Origin: Strigamia acuminata
Lineage: Eukaryota
Length of the DNA stretch: 64,000 nt
Direction: 5' to 3'
NCBI GenBank assembly: GCA_949358305.1
Contig: OX442314.1
Location: forward strand, 7,626,001-7,690,000
The position numbers were made by a program, and so were the translations under genes. Shown one piece after another: positions 11,583 through 22,300 of the stretch. The notes below the pieces were generated by a model. That model saw only the letters and a list, made by a program, of their open reading frames with translations. It was not told where the DNA came from and did no database searches. Position 1 is the first letter of the stretch. Each line of letters starts with the position of its first letter.

Positions 11583-12767
11583 CACTCAGGAGGCTAGCCC
11601 ACTGTCCTTGCCACCAAAGGTTCAATGAAATCCGTCCACCTCTGAAAACAACGTACTGCAGCTGGCTGGACTAGAGGTTCTGACCCTTGATGCCGACCAG
11701 GTGCAGCGCTCGGACGAGGAGATGGACGAAATCGTGTTGGAGGCAGTCCAGGGAGGAGAGGTGTCGACTACAACATCACCTTCAACTGGACAGCAACCAG
11801 ATGAGGTGCCATTAAAACCTGATTAGGGTTTTGCGACGCCAGAGGTCCAGTGGTGGCCGGAATCCGTCCTGTTCGTCTGCACAAAGCTCATTCTTTGTGG
11901 TGTGTCGCAAATGACACATGTACAGTCGTGTTCAAAAAAACTGGACCCTCACTCTGTGCTGGCAATTGAAATTGTGAGTAATTCTGTGTTTTGCCACTAG
12001 GTGAAACACCAGACATCAACAGGTGATAATATAGCCTTGTCTACAGTGATCCTTTCATAATTTAGTGGACAGTTTTAACCCTCAGATGGGCAACAATGTA
12101 CCAATTTTGGGACAACACTCTTCTTGAATAGGAAAACTTTTTTTTGGTGTAATATAATTTTCTGAAAATTTCTGACTTTGTTCACACAACAATAGAGTTT
12201 GTCTAAAAAAAAATTTGGAGTGTTCTGTACGTTATTTATTTATTTATTCACTTTTTAAAATTCTGCCCCTTAGAAATCCCAGCTTAAATTTAAGTTGGCT
12301 TCTCCCAATCAAATAAAAGCGCTTCTACTAAGTGCTTCCAATTTTTACCAGCTGACGCCGTATGGCGCTAGTAGTCCAACACATGTGAATACGGTATGAT
12401 TACGGTTCCATTTCTGGCTAAAATATACATTTAAGATTAAATTTTTTAGGACAAATTAAACTTTTTCACTTAAAATTAAATTTTTTAGGATAAATTAAAC
12501 ATTTTCACTTAAAATTAATTTTCTTGGTTTAAAATTAATTTTAACAACAGTAGCGCCAAGTGCGACAATTTTTCGCACTACCCTAACAGCGCTTCAGCTA
12601 ACGGCCTTCCGGATTTAATTATTTTGTCCCAAATTTGGTGCATTATGGCACCAAAGTGTCGTCTTTGGAGATTGCCCATCTGAGAGTTAAAAAGGAAAAT
12701 ATAAGTTATTTTCATAGAAAAAGTGTATGGATATTTAATATTAAGAAATAAAAAATTAATTTGTTTA

Positions 12768-13402
12768 ATATTTTCTAACAATAAAGAATATTTTCTAACA
12801 ATAAAGAATATTTTCTAACAATAAAGAATATTTTCTAACAATAAAGAATATTTTCTAACAATAAAGAATATTTTCAAACAATAAAGAATATTTTCTAACA
12901 ATAAAGAATATTTTCTAACAATAAAGAATATTTTCTAACAATAAAGAATATTTTCTAACAATAAAGAATATTTTCTAACAATAAAGAATATTTTCTAACA
13001 ATAAAGAATATTTTCTAACAATAAAGAATATTTTCTAACAATAAAGAATATTTTCTAACAATAAAGAATATTTTCTAACAATAAAGAATATTTTCTAACA
13101 ATAAAGAATATTTTCTAACAATAAAGAATATTTTCTAACAATAAAGAATATTTTCTAACAATAAAGAATATTTTCTAACAATAAAGAATATTTTCTAACA
13201 ATAAAGAATATTTTCTAACAATAAAGAATATTTTCTAACAATAAAGAATATTTTCTAACAATAAAGAATATTTTCTAACAATAAAGAATATTTTCTAACA
13301 ATAAAGAATATTTTCTAACAATAAAGAATATTTTCTAACAATAAAGAATATTTTCTAACAATAAAGAATATTTTCTAACAATAAAGAATATTTTCTAACA
13401 AT
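12768..13402 (+). repeat. 20-bp minisatellite (ATAAAGAATATTTTCTAACA)n
   Basis: About 31 near-perfect units. Confidence 0.97.
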
Positions 13403-13404
13403 TT

Positions 13405-13848
13405 TTACTTAAAGTGGTCCCAAAATGACTCGTGTTTTGGTCGCATTAGGAAGGTTTTTCACGAAAAGTGGTCCCAAAATGGGCATGTTTTGGTCGCATC
13501 AGGGAGGTTTTGCACTCAAAGTGGTCGCAAAAAGGAGCGTTTTTGGTCGCATTAGGGAGGTTTTGCACTCAAAGTGGTCGCAAAAAGGAGCGTTTTTGGT
13601 CGCATTAGGGAGGTTTTGCACTCAAAGTGGTCGCAAAAGGAGCGTTTTTGGTCGCATTAGGGAGGTTTTGCACTCAAAGTGGTCGCAAAAGGAGCGTTTT
13701 TGGTCGCATTAGGGAGGTTTTGCACTCAAAGTGGTCGCAAAATGAGTGTGTTTTGGTCGCATTAGGGAGGTTTTTCACTTAAAGTGGTCCCAAAATAAGC
13801 GTGTTTTGGTTGCATTAGGGAGGTTTTTCACTTAAAGTGGTCCCAAAA
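13405..13848 (+). repeat. ~53-bp tandem repeat (..AAAGTGGTCGCAAAA..TTTTGGTCGCATTAGGGAGGTTTTGCACTC)
   Basis: About 8 units visible. Confidence 0.9.
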
Positions 13849-13869
13849 TTTATACAGTGTTTAAAAAAC

Positions 13870-14391
13870 ATTCTTTATTGTTAGAAAATATTCTTTATTG
13901 TTAGAAAATATTCTTTATTGTTAGAAAATATTCTTTATTGTTAGAAAATATTTTTTATTGTTAGAAAATATTCTTTATTGTTAGAAAATATTCTTTATTG
14001 TTAGAAAATATTCTTTATTGTTAGAAAATATTTTTTATTGTTAGAAAATATTCTTTATTGTTAGAAAATATTCTTTATTGTTAGAAAATATTCTTTATTG
14101 TTAGAAAATATTCTTTATTGTTAGAAAATATTCTTTATTGTTAGAAAATATTCTTTATTGTTAGAAAATATTCTTTATTGTTAGAAAATATTCTTTATTG
14201 TTAGAAAATATTCTTTATTGTTAGAAAATATTCTTTATTGTTAGAAAATATTCTTTATTGTTAGAAAATATTCTTTATTGTTAGAAAATATTCTTTATTG
14301 TTAGAAAATATTCTTTATTGTTAGAAAATATTCTTTATTGTTAGAAAATATTCTTTATTGTTAGAAAATATTCTTTATTGTTAGAAAATAT
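13870..14391 (-). repeat. Inverted array of the same 20-bp minisatellite
   Basis: (TTCTTTATTGTTAGAAAATA)n is the reverse complement of the 12768-13402 unit. Confidence 0.97.
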
Positions 14392-15143
14392 TAAACAAAT
14401 TAATTTTTTATTTCTTAATATTAAATATCCACACACTTTTTCTATGAAAATAACTTATATTTTCCTTTTTAAAACTGTACACTAAATTATGAAAGGATCA
14501 CTGTAGACAAGGCTATATTATCACCTGTTGATGTCTGGTGTTTCACCTAGTGACAAAACACGGAATTACTCACAATTTCAATTGCCAGCACAGAGTGAGG
14601 GTCCAGTTTTTTTGAACACGACTGTACATCCAGAGACAATGCGACTCTGAGTAGATGAAGTGAAGCAATGGCGCGAGTTGAATTTGTGATTTGTGGACGC
14701 CACTGGAAACGAGGCCCAGCGAGCTGGCCAAAGCTTCTGCGGATCTGGGACAGAGGATGTGGGTAGTTTTTGTGGTGACCCAGTTGGATAAGTGTCCCCC
14801 CAGGGCGGATACTTGTCCTCTGAGTCACTATGATTGAAGAGTCGTTCCCCCCCGAGTTGGCTCCACCTCCCCATGGCAGGTGTGTGCCCCGAGGGGGAGG
14901 AAGCGGCTGGCGGTCAGCCCCCATTGGTTGATCGCCGGCCTTTCACCCCACTGCATAAAAGGCTGTGTTTCCCGCCTAAAAGACAGAACTTACACAAACG
15001 ACACCAAAAACACAGCAACTACCTCACCGTCAGGCCAACTTCAACGACAAGTTAGGATTGATCGAGGATCGCTGAGTAAAGTGCAAACTGTAACTCTCAC
15101 GAAGTCACTTGCGAGCTATTCCTGCGAAAGCACGAGAATAGCC

Positions 15144-16160
15144 TGTGGTGACCCGACTGGACCGGGGTCAACGAAGAGTTTCTCTCGTGACCTCGTTTCG
15201 GGTGTAAGGGGAGCCGCAAGCGCGTCTCCCTTCCCTCAGTGCATTGACATCTAGTCAATGGACAGGCGTCTGCCCTGAGGGAGTGGGGATGGCTCGTCCA
15301 CCCCACCATTGGGTGATTCCGGTCACCTGTCAACCCCGCTTTGTGCAAAGGAATGTGCCTTGCACTGAGCGGGCAGAACCAACACAACCATCAAACGAGA
15401 AACACACGTAAAATCCGTCGTCCTACAAGATCAGGCCCAAGTAAATATACTGGGATTGACCGAGGACAAAGGACAATTTACCGTGAGTACGTTTGGTCAG
15501 TGTCAAACTCCGCAGAGTAACCTGCGAGATAAGATTACCACACTATTTTAGCACACCAGCTAGAAATAGTAAAAACCACTCCAGTTTAGCGAGTTGTGCA
15601 GACAAACGGTCGCACAAGCCTAAACTGCAGTAAAACAACGACGAGTGTTCCCGCCGCTGTGTGACCGCCGGGAGCCAGAAGAGTCCGCCGCTGTGTGATC
15701 GCCGGACACCACACAAAAACCTAGACAACAGACCGAAGTAAGCCTTTTAACTAAGCATTCACTCGCGCCTGACCAGCGTGAGCCCGAAGGACCAGCCAGA
15801 GACGAGCCGAGGACGCCATATTGCCACGCCGGCCCAAGACGACATCGCGTTGCCACAACGAGGACGCCATCTTGGACGCGAACGAGACAACAGACGACCT
15901 CGCCGATTCCAGCCAGCTTTCATCTTACCTTTACCTTTCCATTTCCCATCACCTATTCCGATTTACCTTTTACTTACCTTTCATATATATATATAAGATA
16001 TATCTGTACATTGTCCCACAGAATAAATCTATATTATATTTTACCTTTTATATCTGTGTAATCATTTCTTTGGGTAAACCGCTTGAGACAAAGCGGTAGT
16101 GAGTTAGTCGAATTAAGTAATCAACCCACGAGTCAGCGAGAGCGAAGTAGGGGCGCGACA
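15144..16160 (+). repeat. A1 5' LTR
   Basis: TGTGG...CGACA; AATAAA at 16022-27; matches 27620-28636. Confidence 0.96.
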
Positions 16161-16162
16161 CG

Positions 16163-16180
16163 TGGGGGCCTGTCCGGGAT
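16163..16180 (+). other. Primer-binding site, tRNA-Pro-like
   Basis: TGGGGGCCTGTCCGGGAT 2 nt after the LTR; the canonical tRNA-Pro PBS is TGGGGGCTCGTCCGGGAT. Confidence 0.8.
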
Positions 16181-16232
16181 CAAGTTGAATAACTGATTCT
16201 AACCTGTGATTACATCATACCCAAAGCAAGAA

Positions 16233-19200
16233 ATGGCAGATAATACTCGAGTAACAGACTCCGACTCAGACGTTAACAAACGAGCCGGTAGTCGCAAAGG
16301 AACCGACTATCATTTGAGGTTGGGAGGTCCTTTGCCCAAAGCCTCAGCGCACGAGTCTAGGCAAAAACGCCGCAAGGCCAAGCCAGACCGACGAAGCGCT
16401 TCGGAGGCATCGCACCCGTCTCACGCCGAGACGAGGCAGCGATTAGACGAGACGGAGCGGAGTGAGGATCCGTCCCACCCCAAACCGCCGCGTCCCAGTC
16501 GTGACGGTGAGACGAGCGGAAACGAGGTTTTATCCCGTAACCAATCGCCTCGCCTAACGCACGATACCGAGGTGAGCGATCCGAGAGCGACGTGTTCGAT
16601 ACAAAGGACGGCGTCCGACACGACAGCGAATTCAGCGCTAAACACGCCAATTACGCACAGTCGACCAGCCTCGGTAATGTCTGAAGGACACAAGTCCAAC
16701 TCATCCTCTGTCAAGCGTGTTTCGAGCCAGCCTTACAGCGTCTCGGGCACCTTGATTGATGCGATGCAATTGGCACAGGCGGAAGGAGTGAGATACACCC
16801 TTCCGACGGGGAAAATTACCGTGTACAAAACGTTACAGATCGTACGTGCAGCTTTAAAAGCGCACAGTGTATCCCCACAAATCACCATTGTTGAAGGTGC
16901 ACACGCTCAACAATTGGTTGATTCCGCTCAATTTGAAGCGGATGCAGAGAACGAGGCTCGACAAGCCATTCGCGAGAGACGGAGGAAGCTGGCGGAAAGA
17001 GAAGCGCAAGCTCTCGAGTACGGCAGAACCCAGCCCAATCCGACTACTCCCGAGGAGGTAGAAATAGTTGACCGAGCCCTGAGAGCACATCGATATGCTT
17101 TCCACTCGCAACAAGAAGCAGAGCGAGCATTTATGGCCAGATTGCGACGAGATGACCCGAAATCCGTTCGCAAACCAGAGGTCAGTTCATCCGAGCTGTC
17201 CGACGAGAGCCTAGAGGGAGACCCAAAGCGCACGCCGAAGGCCAAACCCAAACCCCAGCCGGAGAGGGCAACACCAGCTACTCCGCGCAAGAGAGATGCG
17301 TCGGCCAGAGAACAACAAACTCGGCCCCGCATGCAAGCTCTCGATTCAGCCACAAATAATGCGATAACGCGATTAATCAACGCTAATAATGCTAGGCGAA
17401 ATGAAGAGCAAGCTCTCACAAGCCAACAGCATGATAATCCACAAGGGACTGAGTGGCAACAACCAGTGCCCATCCTTAAAGACGACGAGTCGTCAAGGAG
17501 ACAATCGCATGATCGCACCTCTTCGCGAGAAGAAGGCAAACGCGATGAAAGACCGAAATATTTTCACTACGGAAATAGTGATTCGTCGTCAGATGGACTG
17601 GAGTCAAATGCACCCAGTCATCACGATTCGGAGAGAGGTTCCGGAGAAAGACGAAGGGAAAGAGAACGCGATGAACGCAGAGAAAGGGAACGTGACGACC
17701 GTCGTAGGGGCCGGAAAGAGTCAAACTCTTCACGGCGCAACCCGCCACGCCGCTCACCGTCTCCCGACCCCAGCTCCGACCCCTCATCCAACGACGACAG
17801 ACGAAAGGAAAAATCAAGTAATCGCCGGAAGAGATCCAACTCTCCGCGCGATAGAGAGAAACGACGTCGATCGGAAAATAGCGACCACCGACGGGAGGAG
17901 TTTCAGGACCTTCCCCGACAAAGCGCGTTTACCGATTCGACGGGTCGGCAGTATACGATGGGAGAGCTTGGAAGAGCCCTACTCGGCTCGTTAAAAGCCG
18001 AGGGAATCGATCTGAGCAAACGAAACGATCGTAATCGTAGCACTGGTGACCGCGTAAAGAAAAAATATGCTGTCTCCCGACGTGACACCATGAGTGTTAC
18101 CGGGAATATTAGGTGGCAATTTTATATTCAGAACCGTTTCGACGGGTCATGGAAAGCGGGAGATCGCTTCCTTGACGAAGTAATTCGAATTAAGACTGCC
18201 ACTAAAGCCACCGTAGGAGACATGCTCACCCACGGTATTGTCGAGCTAATGACAGGCTCGGCACGTGAGTGGTACCAAGGATTGAAAGGCGTCAATTGGG
18301 ACGACTTTTTAATGAGATTCGACCTGCGCTACGGCGAGACACCCGAAGAGGTGAGCCGAAAGATGCGAGGTCTTCGCCAGATGCCTGGTGAAACCATAAT
18401 GGATTACGACATTCGCGCCAGATTGTTGTTCGAAAAGGCCCCGATGGAATTTCATGCCACGGGATTCAACCTTTTCTTTCTCGGCGGTTTGTCGGAGTAC
18501 TCGCAACGGGTGTTACTTGAAGAAAGGGCACCGACAGGAGGTAGCTACGAGGAAATGAGCGCCTTCCTGTTCGAGAACACGATAGATATCGAGAAGAGAT
18601 ATTATTCCGCTTTACCAGAAGCGGAGAAAGCAGCAACCGCTAAACGTCTCAAGTTGAGTGCGGAAAGATATGGGGCGACAGACAAAATCATGCGCCCTAC
18701 TGAATATCTTAGCGGTATAATGGAGCTGGCAGAAGCTAGCGTTGGTTTGCAAATAAAAAATAAACTGACATCCACGCTGCCTTCCAACCCTTTGGCCGCC
18801 CCTAAAAAGGCACCGACAGCGTCAGCCATGCAAGCGACACTGGAGGAGGTCAAGGAGGGGGAGGAAGCCGAACAAAATGTCGGAAAATCAGACGAAAAAG
18901 AAGAAAAAGACGATTATTCGACGGACGAAGAAATACGAAGCTATCGCGATACCTTATCAACGGGTTGCGATGAAGAAGGACCGCTAGTACATCTCATCCA
19001 TCGAGATAGAGCGGTAGAAGAATTTCGCGCCAGGTTAAAACCAAATGCCGGCCGAATTCCGAAGTATTTTCGAAAAAATTACACGCCACCGTCGAAAGCA
19101 GACCCTGAAAAGAAAAAATCGACTGAAGCCCCAAGAGACAAATCAAATATTCGCTGTTTCAAGTGTAACCAACCGGGCCACTACTCCAATGAGTGCCCAA

Positions 19201-19316
19201 GAACAGCGAAAGAAGACGCTAAGTTTGACGCGATAATGAAGCAGATGGCAGAGATTAAACTCGCCATGGCAAAAAACGAGTCAAAAAACGAGTCAGCGCA
19301 GGCGGCGAAGAAATAA
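16233..19316 (+). CDS. gag: Gag (~1027 aa): long charged/RS-rich N-terminus, capsid, CCHC zinc knuckle
   Basis: CFKCNQPGHYSNEC; retrotransposon capsid motif LMTGSAREWY...LRQMPGETI; first ATG at 16233. Confidence 0.92.
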   Translation: MADNTRVTDSDSDVNKRAGSRKGTDYHLRLGGPLPKASAHESRQKRRKAKPDRRSASEASHPSHAETRQRLDETERSEDPSHPKPPRPSRDGETSGNEVLSRNQSPRLTHDTEVSDPRATCSIQRTASDTTANSALNTPITHSRPASVMSEGHKSNSSSVKRVSSQPYSVSGTLIDAMQLAQAEGVRYTLPTGKITVYKTLQIVRAALKAHSVSPQITIVEGAHAQQLVDSAQFEADAENEARQAIRERRRKLAEREAQALEYGRTQPNPTTPEEVEIVDRALRAHRYAFHSQQEAERAFMARLRRDDPKSVRKPEVSSSELSDESLEGDPKRTPKAKPKPQPERATPATPRKRDASAREQQTRPRMQALDSATNNAITRLINANNARRNEEQALTSQQHDNPQGTEWQQPVPILKDDESSRRQSHDRTSSREEGKRDERPKYFHYGNSDSSSDGLESNAPSHHDSERGSGERRRERERDERRERERDDRRRGRKESNSSRRNPPRRSPSPDPSSDPSSNDDRRKEKSSNRRKRSNSPRDREKRRRSENSDHRREEFQDLPRQSAFTDSTGRQYTMGELGRALLGSLKAEGIDLSKRNDRNRSTGDRVKKKYAVSRRDTMSVTGNIRWQFYIQNRFDGSWKAGDRFLDEVIRIKTATKATVGDMLTHGIVELMTGSAREWYQGLKGVNWDDFLMRFDLRYGETPEEVSRKMRGLRQMPGETIMDYDIRARLLFEKAPMEFHATGFNLFFLGGLSEYSQRVLLEERAPTGGSYEEMSAFLFENTIDIEKRYYSALPEAEKAATAKRLKLSAERYGATDKIMRPTEYLSGIMELAEASVGLQIKNKLTSTLPSNPLAAPKKAPTASAMQATLEEVKEGEEAEQNVGKSDEKEEKDDYSTDEEIRSYRDTLSTGCDEEGPLVHLIHRDRAVEEFRARLKPNAGRIPKYFRKNYTPPSKADPEKKKSTEAPRDKSNIRCFKCNQPGHYSNECPRTAKEDAKFDAIMKQMAEIKLAMAKNESKNESAQAAKK

Positions 19317-19333
19317 CTTCTCGACCGTCTGCG
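19271..19333 (+). other. -1 programmed ribosomal frameshift signal (two A AAA AAC heptamers plus hairpin)
   Basis: Heptamers at 19271-77 and 19283-89; stem GCGCAGGCGG/CCGTCTGCGC; the -1 frame is open into pol. Confidence 0.82.
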
Positions 19334-22300
19334 CCATTCATGAAGAAGAAGGGGTTTAACAAAGGGTTCGATAAGCCGCCACCAGTCAAAGAAATGGGTA
19401 GTGACATAGCTAACGCCCAAATTCAAGACAGGGCCAACAACGCTTTGCAGGTAATTACCGCAAACACTGAGGCTGAGGCGGAAGAACCGAACCTACTGCT
19501 TGAAGAATTACCTCAAGTAGTCGAAGACACAGAAGAATTTCGTGTTTTCATGTGCAACGTGGCGGTCGAATACACCAACCGCCTATGTATGCTGCCCATG
19601 ACAATAGAACGCGAAAAAATTATGGGACTATTAGACTCGGGAGCAGATCGCTCGTTCGTTTCCGAAGACATAGTAGCATCATTGGGTCTCACCGATAAGA
19701 TAAAAGGCGTTAATAAAAATATACGTCTAAAAACCGCCAACGGAATGGCGCGTCCAAAAGGAGTTATATTATTGACCATGGAGTGGCTCGGAGGGGTAGA
19801 ACAGCACCCTTTCCTGGTCCTGCCCACATGCGACAGAATTTTTCTGTTGGGCTTAGACCTCATGGCGTCAATGGAAATACAACCAAATCCAATAACGAAA
19901 TCTTGGAATTATATCAGAAATGATAAGGAAAGACCCGCAATTGTCGTGCCACCAGCTCTTGTAAAAGAAGCGGCCGACAAGACACAGTGGGAGAAAGGCC
20001 TAAAGAAATTCGTTCAAGACTACGATTTTAAAGCATTCGTAACAGAATTGCAGCGGGACAATGTAGTGGAAACACTTGTCGCCGACGCCGCTTTAGAATT
20101 AAACGAAGCGGCAGCCCTACGAAGGGTCCTACTTAAATATGAGGGGATCCTGTCGAAAAAACCGGGCCGAACGAATAGGGCTATTCACGAAATTAAATTG
20201 ACGGATAATAAACCTATACGAGTTGCGTATAAGGGAATGAACCCGCAAAAACGTGAAATAGTGCAAAAAATGTGCCAAGAAATGCTAGACAGTGGCATTG
20301 TCTCCGAGGCCCAGGGAGAATACGCGACGCGAGTTGTGCTCGTGATGCGCCCGGGCTCGGACCCACGCCTATGCATTGATTACCGCCCATTAAACGCGGT
20401 GACAGAAATAGATCCCATACAGATCCCGTCTATCGAATCCATTTTGAGAGAGCTTAGCCCCTTTTCTTGGGTTACGACGATGGATCTGTCGAAGGGATAC
20501 TGGCAAGTTGAGATGAGGCCAGAGGATAAGATAAAAACAGCATTTTACTCGCCAATTGGACGGTTGATGTTCAACGTCATGCCATTTGGTTTAGTGAACG
20601 CTCCCAGTACCTTTCAGAGACTAATCGAAAGCGTATTGGGTGATATCCTGCATCAGTTTGTGTGGGCATACCTAGATGACATAGTTATTGCCTCCAAAAC
20701 ATTCGAAGAGCACATTGAGCACATCGGCCAAGTGCTCACCCGGCTGGCAAAAGCTGGGTTACACGTTCACCCGGGCAAGAGCAAGTTCTGTCGAAAGGAG
20801 CTTGCCTTCCTGGGTTATCGCATTGGAGTCAATGGTTTAGCTATTGGCCCCGAAAAAATCGATGCGATTAATCGTTTCCCACCACCCGAGGACGTTAAAG
20901 GTGTCCAACGGTTTATGGGAATGATAAACTTCTTCGGCAGGTTGCTACCGGGTCTAGCTGAAGTGGCAGCCCCAGTTACCGACCTCCTGAAGAATGAAAA
21001 CGAATTTGTATGGTCAAATGAGTGCAACATCGCATTTAATGCGATAAAGAGGATGCTGACGGAAGTCGGCGTAATGCCTCTACCCGACCTAAACCGGCCG
21101 TTCATATTACATACGGACGCCAGCAGAGTTGGGTTGGGAGCCGCGTTGCTTCAAACACACGTACGCGACGGAGTCGAACAAGACCTGCCGTGCATGTTTA
21201 TAAGTCGCAAACTCCAAGGCGCTGAAAAAAATTACAATGCCACCGAGTTGGAGTGTTTGGCCGTTGTGTGGGCCATAAGGAAATTCAGAGATTATCTCGA
21301 ATATACCAAATTTGTGGTCCACACAGATCATCAAGCGTTACAATGGCTGATGAAATTAAAGGAGCCAGCCGGTCGACTAGCCAGATGGCAGTTAGAACTG
21401 ATGGCATGCGACTTGACCATTCAATACAAGCCCGGCAAATATAACGTCGTGGCTGACGCTCTGTCACGGGCACCAGTGTCAGATCCAATCGACGCTGACG
21501 ATGATGGCGAGGATGACTCCCGCATCATTTATTGCCCTACGAGTTGTCACCGTTGGGATTTAAGGAAGATGAATGAAATTCCCACCGCGTCTCCGGCAGA
21601 CGTAAAATTCTGTGGATTCTGGACGCGGTTATACCAACCAGCTGCTGACAATTACCCAAATGCAAAGAAGGAATTTAAGCTAGAGCGGAGAATAAATGAC
21701 CCGCTTCTAAGCGCCTTCCACGCTCATGTCGGCAAGCAAATGAAAAGCAATCCCCCAACAAGGGAGGAAATAATTGTGCAACAAAAATTAGACAAAAAAT
21801 GTCAGGATAGAGCTAGATTCGTACTGACAGGAAAGTATCCGCCCAACTTAACCAGAAGGCAGAAGCGTCGTTATGCGCACGAATCCATAGATTACCTACT
21901 GGATGACGGCCTTTTGGTGAAACATCATCCAAATCACCAAGATGACTTGAGTGAATCGGACACCGCAGTAAAGGTAGTAATACCTGCTTCCTTAATCGGT
22001 CGCGTGCTGTGGTTGTTACACGGGCACCCGCTTGCGAGCCATGCGGGAGTAAGCAGAACACTCTATCGTGCTACACAGCTGTTTCACTGGACAGGGATGA
22101 AAAAAGATATTGCTCTTTTTGTCCACCAATGTCAGCGATGTCAAGCGTGTAAGCCGAGGAGAAAATCACCATTCGAAACTATTTTCTTAGGGCCTTACGC
22201 GCCTTTTGATTGTTTAAGTGTCGATGTGATGGGCCCAAAACCCGTTACGGGAAATAAAAATGCGTACATTATCGTAATAATGGACGTGGCGACTCGTTGG

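Larger units (their letters stand above)
11923..14624. mobile_element. Tc1/mariner-type non-autonomous foldback element with internal minisatellites
   Basis: TIR CAGTCGTGTTCAAAAAAACTGGACCCTC (~145 bp); TA flanks at 11921-22 and 14625-26. Confidence 0.88.

Noticed and set aside
12768..14391. Regular repeat arrays superficially like CRISPR
   Set aside because: Contiguous tandem units with no unique spacers, eukaryotic context and no cas genes.
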